Origin: Candidatus Anoxychlamydiales bacterium
GTDB lineage: Bacteria; Chlamydiota; Chlamydiia; Chlamydiales; SM23-39
Length of the DNA: 35,831 nucleotides
Reading direction: 5' to 3'
NCBI GenBank assembly: GCA_011064865.1
Contig: JAAKFX010000002.1
Span: 1-35,831, forward strand
Shown: in pieces, positions 25,646 through 33,687 of the stretch
Numbering within the stretch: position 1 is the first letter of the stretch
Layout: each line of letters begins with the position of its first letter
Translations under genes and position numbers: made by a program
Notes under the pieces: generated by a model
Told to the model about the DNA's origin: nothing
The model's database searches: none
The model's input: only the letters and a program-made list of their open reading frames with translations

Positions 25646-26257
25646 AATTTTTTCACTCTCAAGTAAATTTTTTAATTTATCTTTTAAAATTTTATCTATA
25701 TCTATATCGCTCATTTGAGCATGTATAATAAGATTCACAAGCTGATCTTGAATTTCTTTTTCATTCAGCTTTATCTTTGGTTTTTCAATTAAATTTTTAT
25801 TTTTCAATATTCTAATTATTTTTTGCATCTTTGAAAATATTGGCATACTTTTAGGGAAAGAATGGACTAGATCTTTACTACTTTTGTCTGCTTTTTCCTC
25901 TTTTTTAATTTTCTCCCAATTTTTAACAATATCGTCAACGCTCTCTACTTTAACATCTGCAAAAACATGAGGATGACGCCGAATGAGCTTATCAGAAATA
26001 TTTTGAATAACCCCGTCCATATTAAACTTATTTTTAGTCTCAGCTAATTTTGTTAGAAAAATCACAAGATATAGCACATCACCCAGCTCTTCTAAAATAT
26101 TTATATCATCTTTTAGATCTATAGCATCTACAAGCTCATAGACCTCCTCTATAAAGTATTTTTTTAAACTCTCAAAACTCTGTTTTTTATCCCACTCACA
26201 CCCCTTTGGGCCGAGTAAAATATCTGCTATATTTAATAAAGAATTGAATTTATTCAT
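25622..26257 (-). CDS. mazG: Nucleoside triphosphate pyrophosphohydrolase MazG
   Basis: 211 aa with the EEVYELVDAI...LEELGDVLYLVIFL (EExxE...EExGD) MazG motif and RRHPHVF. The last approximately 8 codons lie antisense to the ffs 3' arm. Confidence 0.8.
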   Translation of the reverse strand: MNKFNSLLNIADILLGPKGCEWDKKQSFESLKKYFIEEVYELVDAIDLKDDINILEELGDVLYLVIFLTKLAETKNKFNMDGVIQNISDKLIRRHPHVFADVKVESVDDIVKNWEKIKKEEKADKSSKDLVHSFPKSMPIFSKMQKIIRILKNKNLIEKPKIKLNEKEIQDQLVNLIIHAQMSDIDIDKILKDKLKNLLESEKITGDDLEA

Positions 26258-26339
26258 AAATATTTATTGATTTTATTAAAAAAAATTATAAAATTGTTTC
26301 CAATAAATTTCAAGAGGTTTGAACTTAATGAAATTACAC

Positions 26340-26368
26340 TTAACAAATAATAAGTGTTATGCTATAAT
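26340..26368 (+). promoter_or_regulatory. Sigma-70/66-type promoter candidate for the 1173-aa gene
   Basis: The -35 element is TTAACA (26340-45). A 17-nt spacer follows, then an extended -10 element, TGcTATAAT (26360-68). It sits about 60 nt upstream of the GGAG Shine-Dalgarno sequence and the ATG at 26426. Confidence 0.45.
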
Positions 26369-26425
26369 ATTATTTATTATAGATATATTTAATATAAACA
26401 ATTTGAAAGTTAATTCGGAGTAATT

Positions 26426-29400
26426 ATGGGAAATCCAATCTCACGCATTAGACCAAATCATGTAGATCCAGCTTTAGGAAAAGCTGGAAATATGTTATCA
26501 GAAACAAATAATCTTGCAATTCAAAAAGATTGTAGAAAAGAGACTGATGATCTAGTTCAATTTTGTGCTCAGAAATTAACTTTATTTGCTACAGTTTATT
26601 TAACTGAAAGGACTTGTAATGGAAAAATTGAGAAAGAGGAAACAAAAGAAGAGGAAACAAAACGCTTTAGATCGTATTTTCAAATTGTTCAAGAGCTAGT
26701 GCCTCCATCTTCTGACAGAGACCAAAAAAAATTTAAAGATCCTGGTTTGAATAAGATTAGATCTGTGATGCTAAAACATTTTCCTCATATATCTTTGTTC
26801 AGAACAATATTTTGGTATTATTTATTCATAAAATGGGTTCCAAAACGATATATAAATAGTAGTATAAACAAAACGCTTTCAACAATAAGAACTGAGTTAG
26901 ATGATGGCAAAAAATTACCTGAGTTTGGTGTAACGATATTTACAATCCTTAATTCTCACTTAGAAAATGTCAATAGAGTAGTTCATCTGTTTGCTCATGA
27001 TAAAAATACAGTAAAAAACAAAGAAAACTACGCCTCTGATGGTTTAAAATCTGCAGATATTTTATCTACACCTACTTTAAAAATTAAAAATGAGAAAGAG
27101 TTATTTGATAAACTTGCTGAAACATTATCAAATGATGCATTAATTCCCAAAATAAAATTTTTAAGCAAAACTATTAAGAAAATTCAAATATTAAAATTTA
27201 AAATTTTAAAAAATATTCCAAGCATTATTTTATTGCCAATAAAAGCTGTTACAATTTCTCTTTTTGCTATCCCATATTTCATTGCAAAAAAAATAGAAGA
27301 TATTCCTAATAATCTTATTATAAAAAGATTTCATAAAAAATTAATTGAAAACCTTACACCTGGAATTATACACTCATCCTTAGATGCAATAAAATCATCA
27401 AATTTTCTATATGCAATTAATACTTTTTTATGTGAAGTTATTCAAGATTTTTCAGATGAATTAAAAATGTCTCCAGAAACTAGACCAATAGAGCTTCGTA
27501 AAAATGTGATCTCAGATGAATTAGCTAAAAAAATCAAAAATTTTGCGAATGAATTGTATGATCTTCTTTTATATGCTCCATATCAAAAGCAAGAGGAATT
27601 AAAATCTAAAAAACAAAATGGGTTTGCACTCAATGAATATGGAATTAATCCCCATCCTTTAGTGCAAGCGGTTTCATTAGCTATTAGAAAATTCGCACCA
27701 ACTTTTATTGACTCAAAGATAAAAGAACAGGTTGTTGATAATGCTCTATATCCTGCTATAAAAGATGGTTTTAACTTTCTATTTTCAAAACCAGAAAAAT
27801 TTGAAGAATATCTTTCAATGCTAATAAAGCTGTTAAATAACATTTACAATGAAAACCCGGATTCATCAACCCACGAAGGACAAAACTTGATCACAACGCA
27901 AAATGCGAAGAACAAAGAAAGAGAAGAAAACTTAGATACTCTTTTAGAAACTTTAATAACAAGAGCATTTGATCCACAAGAAATTCTAAATGATCTTAAA
28001 TTTTCTTATAGAAAAATACACAAATTAATACAAGATACTTTTCCTATCCTAGAACAAGACGCAAATAATCTAATAAAAACAACTGAAACTTTAAGACCAA
28101 ACTCAATTCAAGCCAAAGAAATGGAAGAAATTTTAGATAGAGAAATAACTGCTTTAGAAAGGTTCTTTGACTCATTTGAAGATATTTTACCACTAGAAAA
28201 AACAATAGAAAGAAGCCTGACTGATTTTGGAAAGACTAAAAAAAACCTACAAAATATTACCCTTCAAATGAATTCATTTTTTGAATATTTCTTTAAATTC
28301 ATTGAGCCTCTTCTACCGAAAAATGAATCAACAAAAGAGATCATAGCTTCTTTAAATAAAATACAACAGCGAGTAAAAGAAAATACGAAGCAAATAAATT
28401 CTGAGTTTGAAGATTTGTTTAAATCAATTTCAACTTCTTTGCCGGAAGATGATGTAGCAAAAGATTACAAGCTTCCTACTAATATGAAACTCAAACTAAG
28501 AAACCACACTGATAAAATTAAATCTTATTTTGAAGAGATAAAACTTTTAAAGCATATAAATGAAACGCTTCAATCTTTAAATAAAGTGTTAAATGATTCT
28601 TCAATTACTTTTCATTCAAAAATTGATCTAATTATTGAGCATTTGAATCAATTGCAAAAAAATAAAAATGTAGAGTTTTGTGATGATATTATAAGTAAGT
28701 ATAATAATTTATTAATAAATCTAAATAATATCAAATCACATTCATCAAATATTGATATGTTAAAACCTATCTTATCTAATACATTTTTCAAAGATGGATT
28801 ATTTCAGAAGCTAAAAAAAGCACAAGGAGAATATTTAAAAAAACAATCTGATGAAAAAGAAAGAAAAGTTATGTCTCTTAAAAATGAAATCCTTAAGATT
28901 ATTAATAATTTTAAGGGAATATCAACACTAGACATCCATGATATGGAAATTGCAATTAGAAATATTTATAATTCTTCCGATGCAGCAACTCTTTTAAAAG
29001 AATATACAAATTCCGAGGCCAAACTAAGAGAGAAATTAGACAAGTATACAAACCAATTATCTGAAGAGAACGATAAATATAATAGAAATCTAACGAACTA
29101 TCAGGATCTAACTCAACACCAGTTAAATGATCTTATACCACAAAAAATATATGATAAACAAAAACAAATACAAAATCTTTCTGCTTTATTACCAGATATG
29201 TTAAAAAATTATAAAACAACTTTAGAAAATCTAGAAAATTTCAAATATCCATCAATGATTGAAGATCCCTTACTTGAATGGCAACACATAATGGAACAAA
29301 TAATAGACATAATCCTTAATAACGGAAAAAAGAATGTAGACGATATGAAAGAGTGGGGTTTAAACGCAGGGAAAACATTAGCAAAAAATCTTTTGCATAA

Positions 29401-29947
29401 AGCACTGAATAATAAATACGTTAATTCATTGAAAACCGGATTAATAGCTAGCGGAACTCTTGTTACAATTTATTCTGCAGTGACAAATAAGACTGTTTTA
29501 GCAATAGCATCTATTGGAGTAACTGTATTTGGTGCATTTGGTTTTGATAAAACTATTTCTGCTGGAGTAACTGTATTTGGTGCATTTGGTTTTGATAAAA
29601 CTATTTCTGCTATTGAAAGAAAAATTAGCTCAACATTATCACAATCAAAGCCTATAGCTCCTATAATGAATATGGCGACTGATAATACATTTTTTGCAAA
29701 ATCGGCAGAAGAAGCTACTGACCAATCATCTTTAGAGGGACTTCAAGCGAAGATCAGTTCCACTATTCAAAAGCTAAAAACAGCTATTCCAGAGTATTCA
29801 CTTGATATAGCAAAAAAACTAACAAATAATGCATTTGGAAAAATTGATGAAAAAGGTGATGGTCCAGAAGGAATTATCAATACACAATCTTTCTATTCAG
29901 GTTTATTTAATGAAGCGATAAAAACGTTAATATCAAGTTTAACATAA
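26426..29947 (+). CDS. Large coiled-coil-rich membrane protein (candidate type III secreted or inclusion-membrane effector)
   Basis: 1173 aa. The N-terminus is MGNPISR. Hydrophobic segments lie near aa 120-140 and 265-290, and there is a C-terminal bilobed hydrophobic region (LIASGTLVTIYSAVTNKTVLAIASIGVTVFGAFGF). The long K/E/N/L-rich central part looks like a heptad repeat. No enzymatic motif was recognised. Confidence 0.6.
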   Translation: MGNPISRIRPNHVDPALGKAGNMLSETNNLAIQKDCRKETDDLVQFCAQKLTLFATVYLTERTCNGKIEKEETKEEETKRFRSYFQIVQELVPPSSDRDQKKFKDPGLNKIRSVMLKHFPHISLFRTIFWYYLFIKWVPKRYINSSINKTLSTIRTELDDGKKLPEFGVTIFTILNSHLENVNRVVHLFAHDKNTVKNKENYASDGLKSADILSTPTLKIKNEKELFDKLAETLSNDALIPKIKFLSKTIKKIQILKFKILKNIPSIILLPIKAVTISLFAIPYFIAKKIEDIPNNLIIKRFHKKLIENLTPGIIHSSLDAIKSSNFLYAINTFLCEVIQDFSDELKMSPETRPIELRKNVISDELAKKIKNFANELYDLLLYAPYQKQEELKSKKQNGFALNEYGINPHPLVQAVSLAIRKFAPTFIDSKIKEQVVDNALYPAIKDGFNFLFSKPEKFEEYLSMLIKLLNNIYNENPDSSTHEGQNLITTQNAKNKEREENLDTLLETLITRAFDPQEILNDLKFSYRKIHKLIQDTFPILEQDANNLIKTTETLRPNSIQAKEMEEILDREITALERFFDSFEDILPLEKTIERSLTDFGKTKKNLQNITLQMNSFFEYFFKFIEPLLPKNESTKEIIASLNKIQQRVKENTKQINSEFEDLFKSISTSLPEDDVAKDYKLPTNMKLKLRNHTDKIKSYFEEIKLLKHINETLQSLNKVLNDSSITFHSKIDLIIEHLNQLQKNKNVEFCDDIISKYNNLLINLNNIKSHSSNIDMLKPILSNTFFKDGLFQKLKKAQGEYLKKQSDEKERKVMSLKNEILKIINNFKGISTLDIHDMEIAIRNIYNSSDAATLLKEYTNSEAKLREKLDKYTNQLSEENDKYNRNLTNYQDLTQHQLNDLIPQKIYDKQKQIQNLSALLPDMLKNYKTTLENLENFKYPSMIEDPLLEWQHIMEQIIDIILNNGKKNVDDMKEWGLNAGKTLAKNLLHKALNNKYVNSLKTGLIASGTLVTIYSAVTNKTVLAIASIGVTVFGAFGFDKTISAGVTVFGAFGFDKTISAIERKISSTLSQSKPIAPIMNMATDNTFFAKSAEEATDQSSLEGLQAKISSTIQKLKTAIPEYSLDIAKKLTNNAFGKIDEKGDGPEGIINTQSFYSGLFNEAIKTLISSLT
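29516..29611 (+). repeat. Perfect 48-bp x2 in-frame tandem duplication inside the 1173-aa gene
   Basis: ggagtaactgtatttggtgcatttggttttgataaaactatttctgct occurs at 29516-29563 and again at 29564-29611. This encodes GVTVFGAFGFDKTISA twice. Confidence 0.95.
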
Positions 29948-29960
29948 TTATAGAGCACAA

Positions 29961-29992
29961 AAGGCGCCTCTAAAAAATAAAGGCGCTATTTT
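29961..29992. terminator. Hairpin between the convergent 1173-aa gene and the small lipoprotein ORF
   Basis: GCGCCT (29964-69), an 11-nt loop, and AGGCGC (29981-86), followed by TATTTT. A-rich sequence lies upstream, so it could act in both directions. Confidence 0.4.
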
Positions 29993-29995
29993 AAA

Positions 29996-30130
29996 TTACC
30001 ATCTTCTTTTTTCGTGTCTTTCTCTGTATCGATTATCTTTTTGATTATCTTTTTTCTTTTCTTGCTCATCACATGAGCTTAAAGCGAATATGACAACAGA
30101 TGTCATAACTAATAATAATAATTTTTTCAT
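29996..30130 (-). CDS. Small predicted lipoprotein (44 aa; not in the ORF track)
   Basis: Minus-strand translation gives MKKLLLLVMTSVVIFALSSCDEQEKKKDNQKDNRYRERHEKRRW. It has a signal peptide with the lipobox LSSC and a highly charged tail. A strong Shine-Dalgarno sequence (AAGGAGAAGGAA) lies just upstream of the ATG. Confidence 0.5.
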   Translation of the reverse strand: MKKLLLLVMTSVVIFALSSCDEQEKKKDNQKDNRYRERHEKRRW

Positions 30131-30221
30131 TTCCTTCTCCTTGAACATGTTTTATAAAACATAAATAGAGAGTAAATAACTATCTCTATATATAATATAA
30201 CATGTAATAATAATTACATTT

Positions 30222-31301
30222 TTAAACAAGTATTTTATTATTTTTTTTATTCCACCAAGAAATAAAAGATGAAAAAATATCTTCAGATTTTAAATATCGA
30301 ATGCAAGCACCTGTTATACAAGATCGCAGAATAGGACACTGTTTTTTAAACTTATAATCATAAGGACATTTTCCTTGATAGGAAAAATGTCTATCCCCTA
30401 TTGGTTTAAAAACCTCGAATCTTGTAGGACCGAATACAGAAAAACTATAAGTTTCAATTGTACCACATAAATGAAGTGAAGATGAGTCCATAGCGATAAC
30501 AAGATCTACATCATTCATTAAATTTTGCCAAACCGGAAAAGATAATTTATCAATAACCCGACTTGATTCCAAAAACTCTAAATTCAATTTTTCAGCTACA
30601 AACTTTTCAAAATCATTTCCCCAAATAAGTAAAAACGAAGCATCTAATTTTTCTTGAACTAATTTTAAAAAAGATAGAAGCGTTTCATATGAGAGTTGTT
30701 TATTTGACCATTTAGCGCCAGCGCATACCATGATCTTAGTTTTTGTTTTAAGGTTTTTATGAGATAAGATATTTTTCAAAATAAGTTTTTGAATATTTGA
30801 TATTTTTAATCTACCCCCTTTAATTTCAACTTTTTTATCATCCGAAAAATATTTTTTTAAAACCTCTAAGTTTTGCAGTCTCATATTTATATTAGTATCA
30901 ACATCGATATGAACTTTTGTAGAAAGTAAATTAGGCCACTCTCTAACCGATTTTTTTCCAAAACCCACTTTATCATTAGCTTTAGCAAAAAGAGTCACTA
31001 AACCAGATTTACAATTACCTTGAAGATCAAAAACTACATCATATCTTTTTTGTCTTAAAAACTTTATAAAGCTAAAAAAAGATTTCCTTGTACGTTTTTT
31101 AAATATCTTCTTCTTCCAAGTTTTCATATCAAAACAGATAGCGTTATTAATTAAAGGATGGGAATTTACAAGTGGTAGATTTGCTTTTTCAACCACCCAA
31201 TCTATTTCAATATTTTTATATCTATCATGAAAATAATCTAAAATATTAAATGCTTGGATGATATCTCCAACAGATGATGTTTTAACGATGAGGATTTTCA
31301 A
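30222..31301 (-). CDS. Glycosyltransferase family 9 (heptosyltransferase-like)
   Basis: 359 aa. The N-terminal MKILIVKTSSVGDIIQAFNILDY matches the GT9 signature (ILIIR.salGDvi.a.P.l), and the C-terminal half contains DLVIAMDSSSLHL. Confidence 0.7.
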   Translation of the reverse strand: MKILIVKTSSVGDIIQAFNILDYFHDRYKNIEIDWVVEKANLPLVNSHPLINNAICFDMKTWKKKIFKKRTRKSFFSFIKFLRQKRYDVVFDLQGNCKSGLVTLFAKANDKVGFGKKSVREWPNLLSTKVHIDVDTNINMRLQNLEVLKKYFSDDKKVEIKGGRLKISNIQKLILKNILSHKNLKTKTKIMVCAGAKWSNKQLSYETLLSFLKLVQEKLDASFLLIWGNDFEKFVAEKLNLEFLESSRVIDKLSFPVWQNLMNDVDLVIAMDSSSLHLCGTIETYSFSVFGPTRFEVFKPIGDRHFSYQGKCPYDYKFKKQCPILRSCITGACIRYLKSEDIFSSFISWWNKKNNKILV

Positions 31302-31420
31302 TATTGAACCTTAAAATAAAAATTTAATTATTATTTAATATAATAACATTTTTTGTAGATTTGAAAAAATATAAAATGATGCTAAGCTTTCTCGATAAAA
31401 CTAAACAATAGAATTTTTAT

Positions 31421-31732
31421 ATGAGCATTTTGACTTTCAGTATTAATGGAGGACCTTCAAAACCATTAACTCGAGAGATATTAAATAGTAATATACAAGA
31501 GTCAATAGAAAAGCATAACAGATTAAAAGAATTTTCTTGGACAGTTTGCTCTGTTTTTGCAACGGTCACGTATCTAAACTCTAATTATATTTATGCTTTT
31601 ATGGCTATCTATACGTTTTATTATGGATATAAAAATTATTCAATCGTAAAAGATCTAGAGGCTTTACAAAAAGGAAAAGAAGTTTCAGCTAAAGTTCTTG
31701 GCTATTTGGACTTGCAACTAATACTAAGCTAA
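31421..31732 (+). CDS. Small membrane protein with a bilobed hydrophobic domain (Inc-like candidate)
   Basis: 103 aa. The hydrophobic pair FSWTVCSVFATVTYL and YIYAFMAIYTFYYGY is separated by NSN. No homology was recognised. Confidence 0.45.
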   Translation: MSILTFSINGGPSKPLTREILNSNIQESIEKHNRLKEFSWTVCSVFATVTYLNSNYIYAFMAIYTFYYGYKNYSIVKDLEALQKGKEVSAKVLGYLDLQLILS

Positions 31733-31912
31733 ATTTTAATAGTTTTTAAGAAGAACAAATAAAGTTTTAATTATCATTACATAAACATTATTTATATATT
31801 ACAAGCTTGACTCTATTTAACTAAATAATTTATTTTTACATTTGACATAAAGAAGAAAATCCGTTATTATCTATGTAAAAATTAAAAAAAATCAATATTA
31901 AGAAGAGGTTTT

Positions 31913-32383
31913 ATGTCTGTTACAACCCCAGATACAGCCCCAGCATCAGGAACTGATGCTTTTAATACAGTTCAAATAAAACAAAGAATAAAAGAAAAAA
32001 AAATAAATGAACATATTTTGGTAGCAATTTCCTTTGCTGCTTTTGCATATTTGAGTTATATACCTTCAAGAGCACCTGTTACCGTCGGTTCATTTTTAAC
32101 CAAATGGACACCCGCAATCTTATCTACTCTCGTTTTCATAGAGAAAGTAGATACAAAAAGCGCTGTTTTCATCGAGTGTATTAAAATATCTGTTTTGTTT
32201 TATTCAGTTTATGCTAATTATTATTATCTAGAACAAAGCGGGATAAAAACATTATCAGATTTCTGTTTTGTAATAGCTCTTAAGAACTTAAATAGTGCAG
32301 CTAATTATGAGCTGTCGTCTATGCACTCTCTAACAAAATATTTAAAAAAAGCAGCGAGCGAAAGATTCAATAGATTCTCCTAA
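31913..32383 (+). CDS. Hypothetical membrane protein
   Basis: 156 aa with a polar N-terminus and then several hydrophobic segments (ILVAISFAAFAYLSYI, PAILSTLVFI, ISVLFYSVYANYYY). A GAGG-containing Shine-Dalgarno-like sequence lies upstream. Confidence 0.45.
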   Translation: MSVTTPDTAPASGTDAFNTVQIKQRIKEKKINEHILVAISFAAFAYLSYIPSRAPVTVGSFLTKWTPAILSTLVFIEKVDTKSAVFIECIKISVLFYSVYANYYYLEQSGIKTLSDFCFVIALKNLNSAANYELSSMHSLTKYLKKAASERFNRFS

Positions 32384-32420
32384 AGCTGAAAGAGCAGAGT
32401 AAGGAAATCAAAAAGATATT

Positions 32421-32618
32421 ATGGCTGCTTCATCTAGTAAAGTCATCTCAAATGATGACATTTTTAAGCTTCAAAAAAAAGCCATGGATATTTTAAGTCC
32501 CACGGCAAATAAACATGGATTAGCTCTAATATCAACTCTTTGTTTTTTATCGCTAGGACTTATAAGCTCTATGTTTGCAATGCCTATAATTTTAACAAGT
32601 TCAACTTTTTGTTTTTAG
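32421..32618 (+). CDS. Small bilobed-hydrophobic protein, probably the 5' part of a frameshifted gene
   Basis: 65 aa ending in the hydrophobic pair LALISTLCFLSLGLISSMFAMPIILTSSTFCF. A +1 frame is open from 32596 to 32778 (…SAISGIGAVKYHIMIHNQLNQIITEKNTKNIKNWDIKLINNYGYFIPEFIYTA). The two frames overlap across two T5 runs. Confidence 0.4.
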   Translation: MAASSSKVISNDDIFKLQKKAMDILSPTANKHGLALISTLCFLSLGLISSMFAMPIILTSSTFCF

Positions 32619-32789
32619 TGCTATATCTGGCATTGGGGCTGTTAAATATCACATAATGATACACAATCAACTAAACCAAATTATAACAGAGAAAAACACT
32701 AAAAACATTAAAAATTGGGATATAAAACTTATAAATAACTATGGATATTTTATCCCTGAATTCATCTACACAGCATAAATTCTAAAATA

Positions 32790-33635
32790 TTATAATATAA
32801 AATCTTCAGGTAGCTCAGATTCTATTACAATATTCTCATTAGTCTCTGGATGAGTAAATTCTATTTGAGATGAATGTAGCTGCAGTCTAGAGACCTGATC
32901 TTTACAATAAAAGCTCTTTGCATATAGATAATCCCCTAAAATTGGATGGGATATCTGTTTCATATGAGCTCTCAGTTGATGCGTTCTGCCTGTTATGGGA
33001 TTTAGTTCAACAAAGGTTTTATCTTTGTATTTTTCAATGACTTTTAGATATGTTAGGGCATATTTGCCATTAGAAGATGAACCGTAAATACTTTGTCCTT
33101 GAAAAGATTTTATCTTTTGTAAATAGTTTTCAATTTTTTTTGTTTTTTCTTTAATTTGACCATCTACTAAAGCTAAATATGTTTTTATTATTTTTTTCTC
33201 TTTAAAAAGACAAATCATCTTTTCTTTAAATTTTTGGGTTTTCGCTATTAATAAAACTCCTGTTGTATCTTTATCGAGTCTATGAAGTAGAGTATATTTT
33301 TTTGAAAAAAACAGATGGATATTTTTATCATCTGAGACAAAATTAGAGGGTTTATCGATGCAAAGCAAAAATTCATCTTCATATAAGATTTTTAAAGAGG
33401 TTATTTTTTTTTGCTCTACAAAATCTATAAAGGCTCTATTTAGTTTTATCTCGGATCCCTCTTTTAATAAAATGGATGAAAATCTTTCGATTTTGTTATT
33501 AACTAAACACTGACCTTTTTCTAAAGCATTTTTAATTTGACGGTTCGATGCATGTGTTTTTGCTTTTAAAAAAGTTAATAGCTTTTTTTTAGCATCATTT
33601 TTTGAGATTTTCCAAATGTAGAATTGTTTTTCCAT
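32790..33635 (-). CDS. RluA-family 23S rRNA pseudouridine synthase (RluC/RluD-like, with an S4 domain)
   Basis: 281 aa. It has an N-terminal S4-like region, the catalytic motif HRLDKDTTGVLLIAK, and GRTHQLRAHM. Confidence 0.85.
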   Translation of the reverse strand: MEKQFYIWKISKNDAKKKLLTFLKAKTHASNRQIKNALEKGQCLVNNKIERFSSILLKEGSEIKLNRAFIDFVEQKKITSLKILYEDEFLLCIDKPSNFVSDDKNIHLFFSKKYTLLHRLDKDTTGVLLIAKTQKFKEKMICLFKEKKIIKTYLALVDGQIKEKTKKIENYLQKIKSFQGQSIYGSSSNGKYALTYLKVIEKYKDKTFVELNPITGRTHQLRAHMKQISHPILGDYLYAKSFYCKDQVSRLQLHSSQIEFTHPETNENIVIESELPEDFIL

Positions 33636-33661
33636 AAATTTTTAAAAAGTCACTTAATGAT

Positions 33662-33687
33662 AAAAAAGCTACCTTTGGGTAGCTTTT
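33662..33687 (-). terminator. Intrinsic terminator immediately after pepA
   Basis: On the minus strand, TAA is followed by AAGCTACC-CAAA-GGTAGCTT and then TTTTTA. The stem is perfect. Confidence 0.6.

Noticed and set aside
30147-30162. A perfect 16-bp palindrome, ATGTTTTATAAAACAT, upstream of the small lipoprotein ORF, with a nearby ATAGAGA/TCTCTAT dyad.
   Set aside because: In DNA this AT-rich, roughly one perfect 16-bp palindrome per window of this size is expected by chance. The sequence does not recur elsewhere in the window, so there is no basis for calling it an operator.
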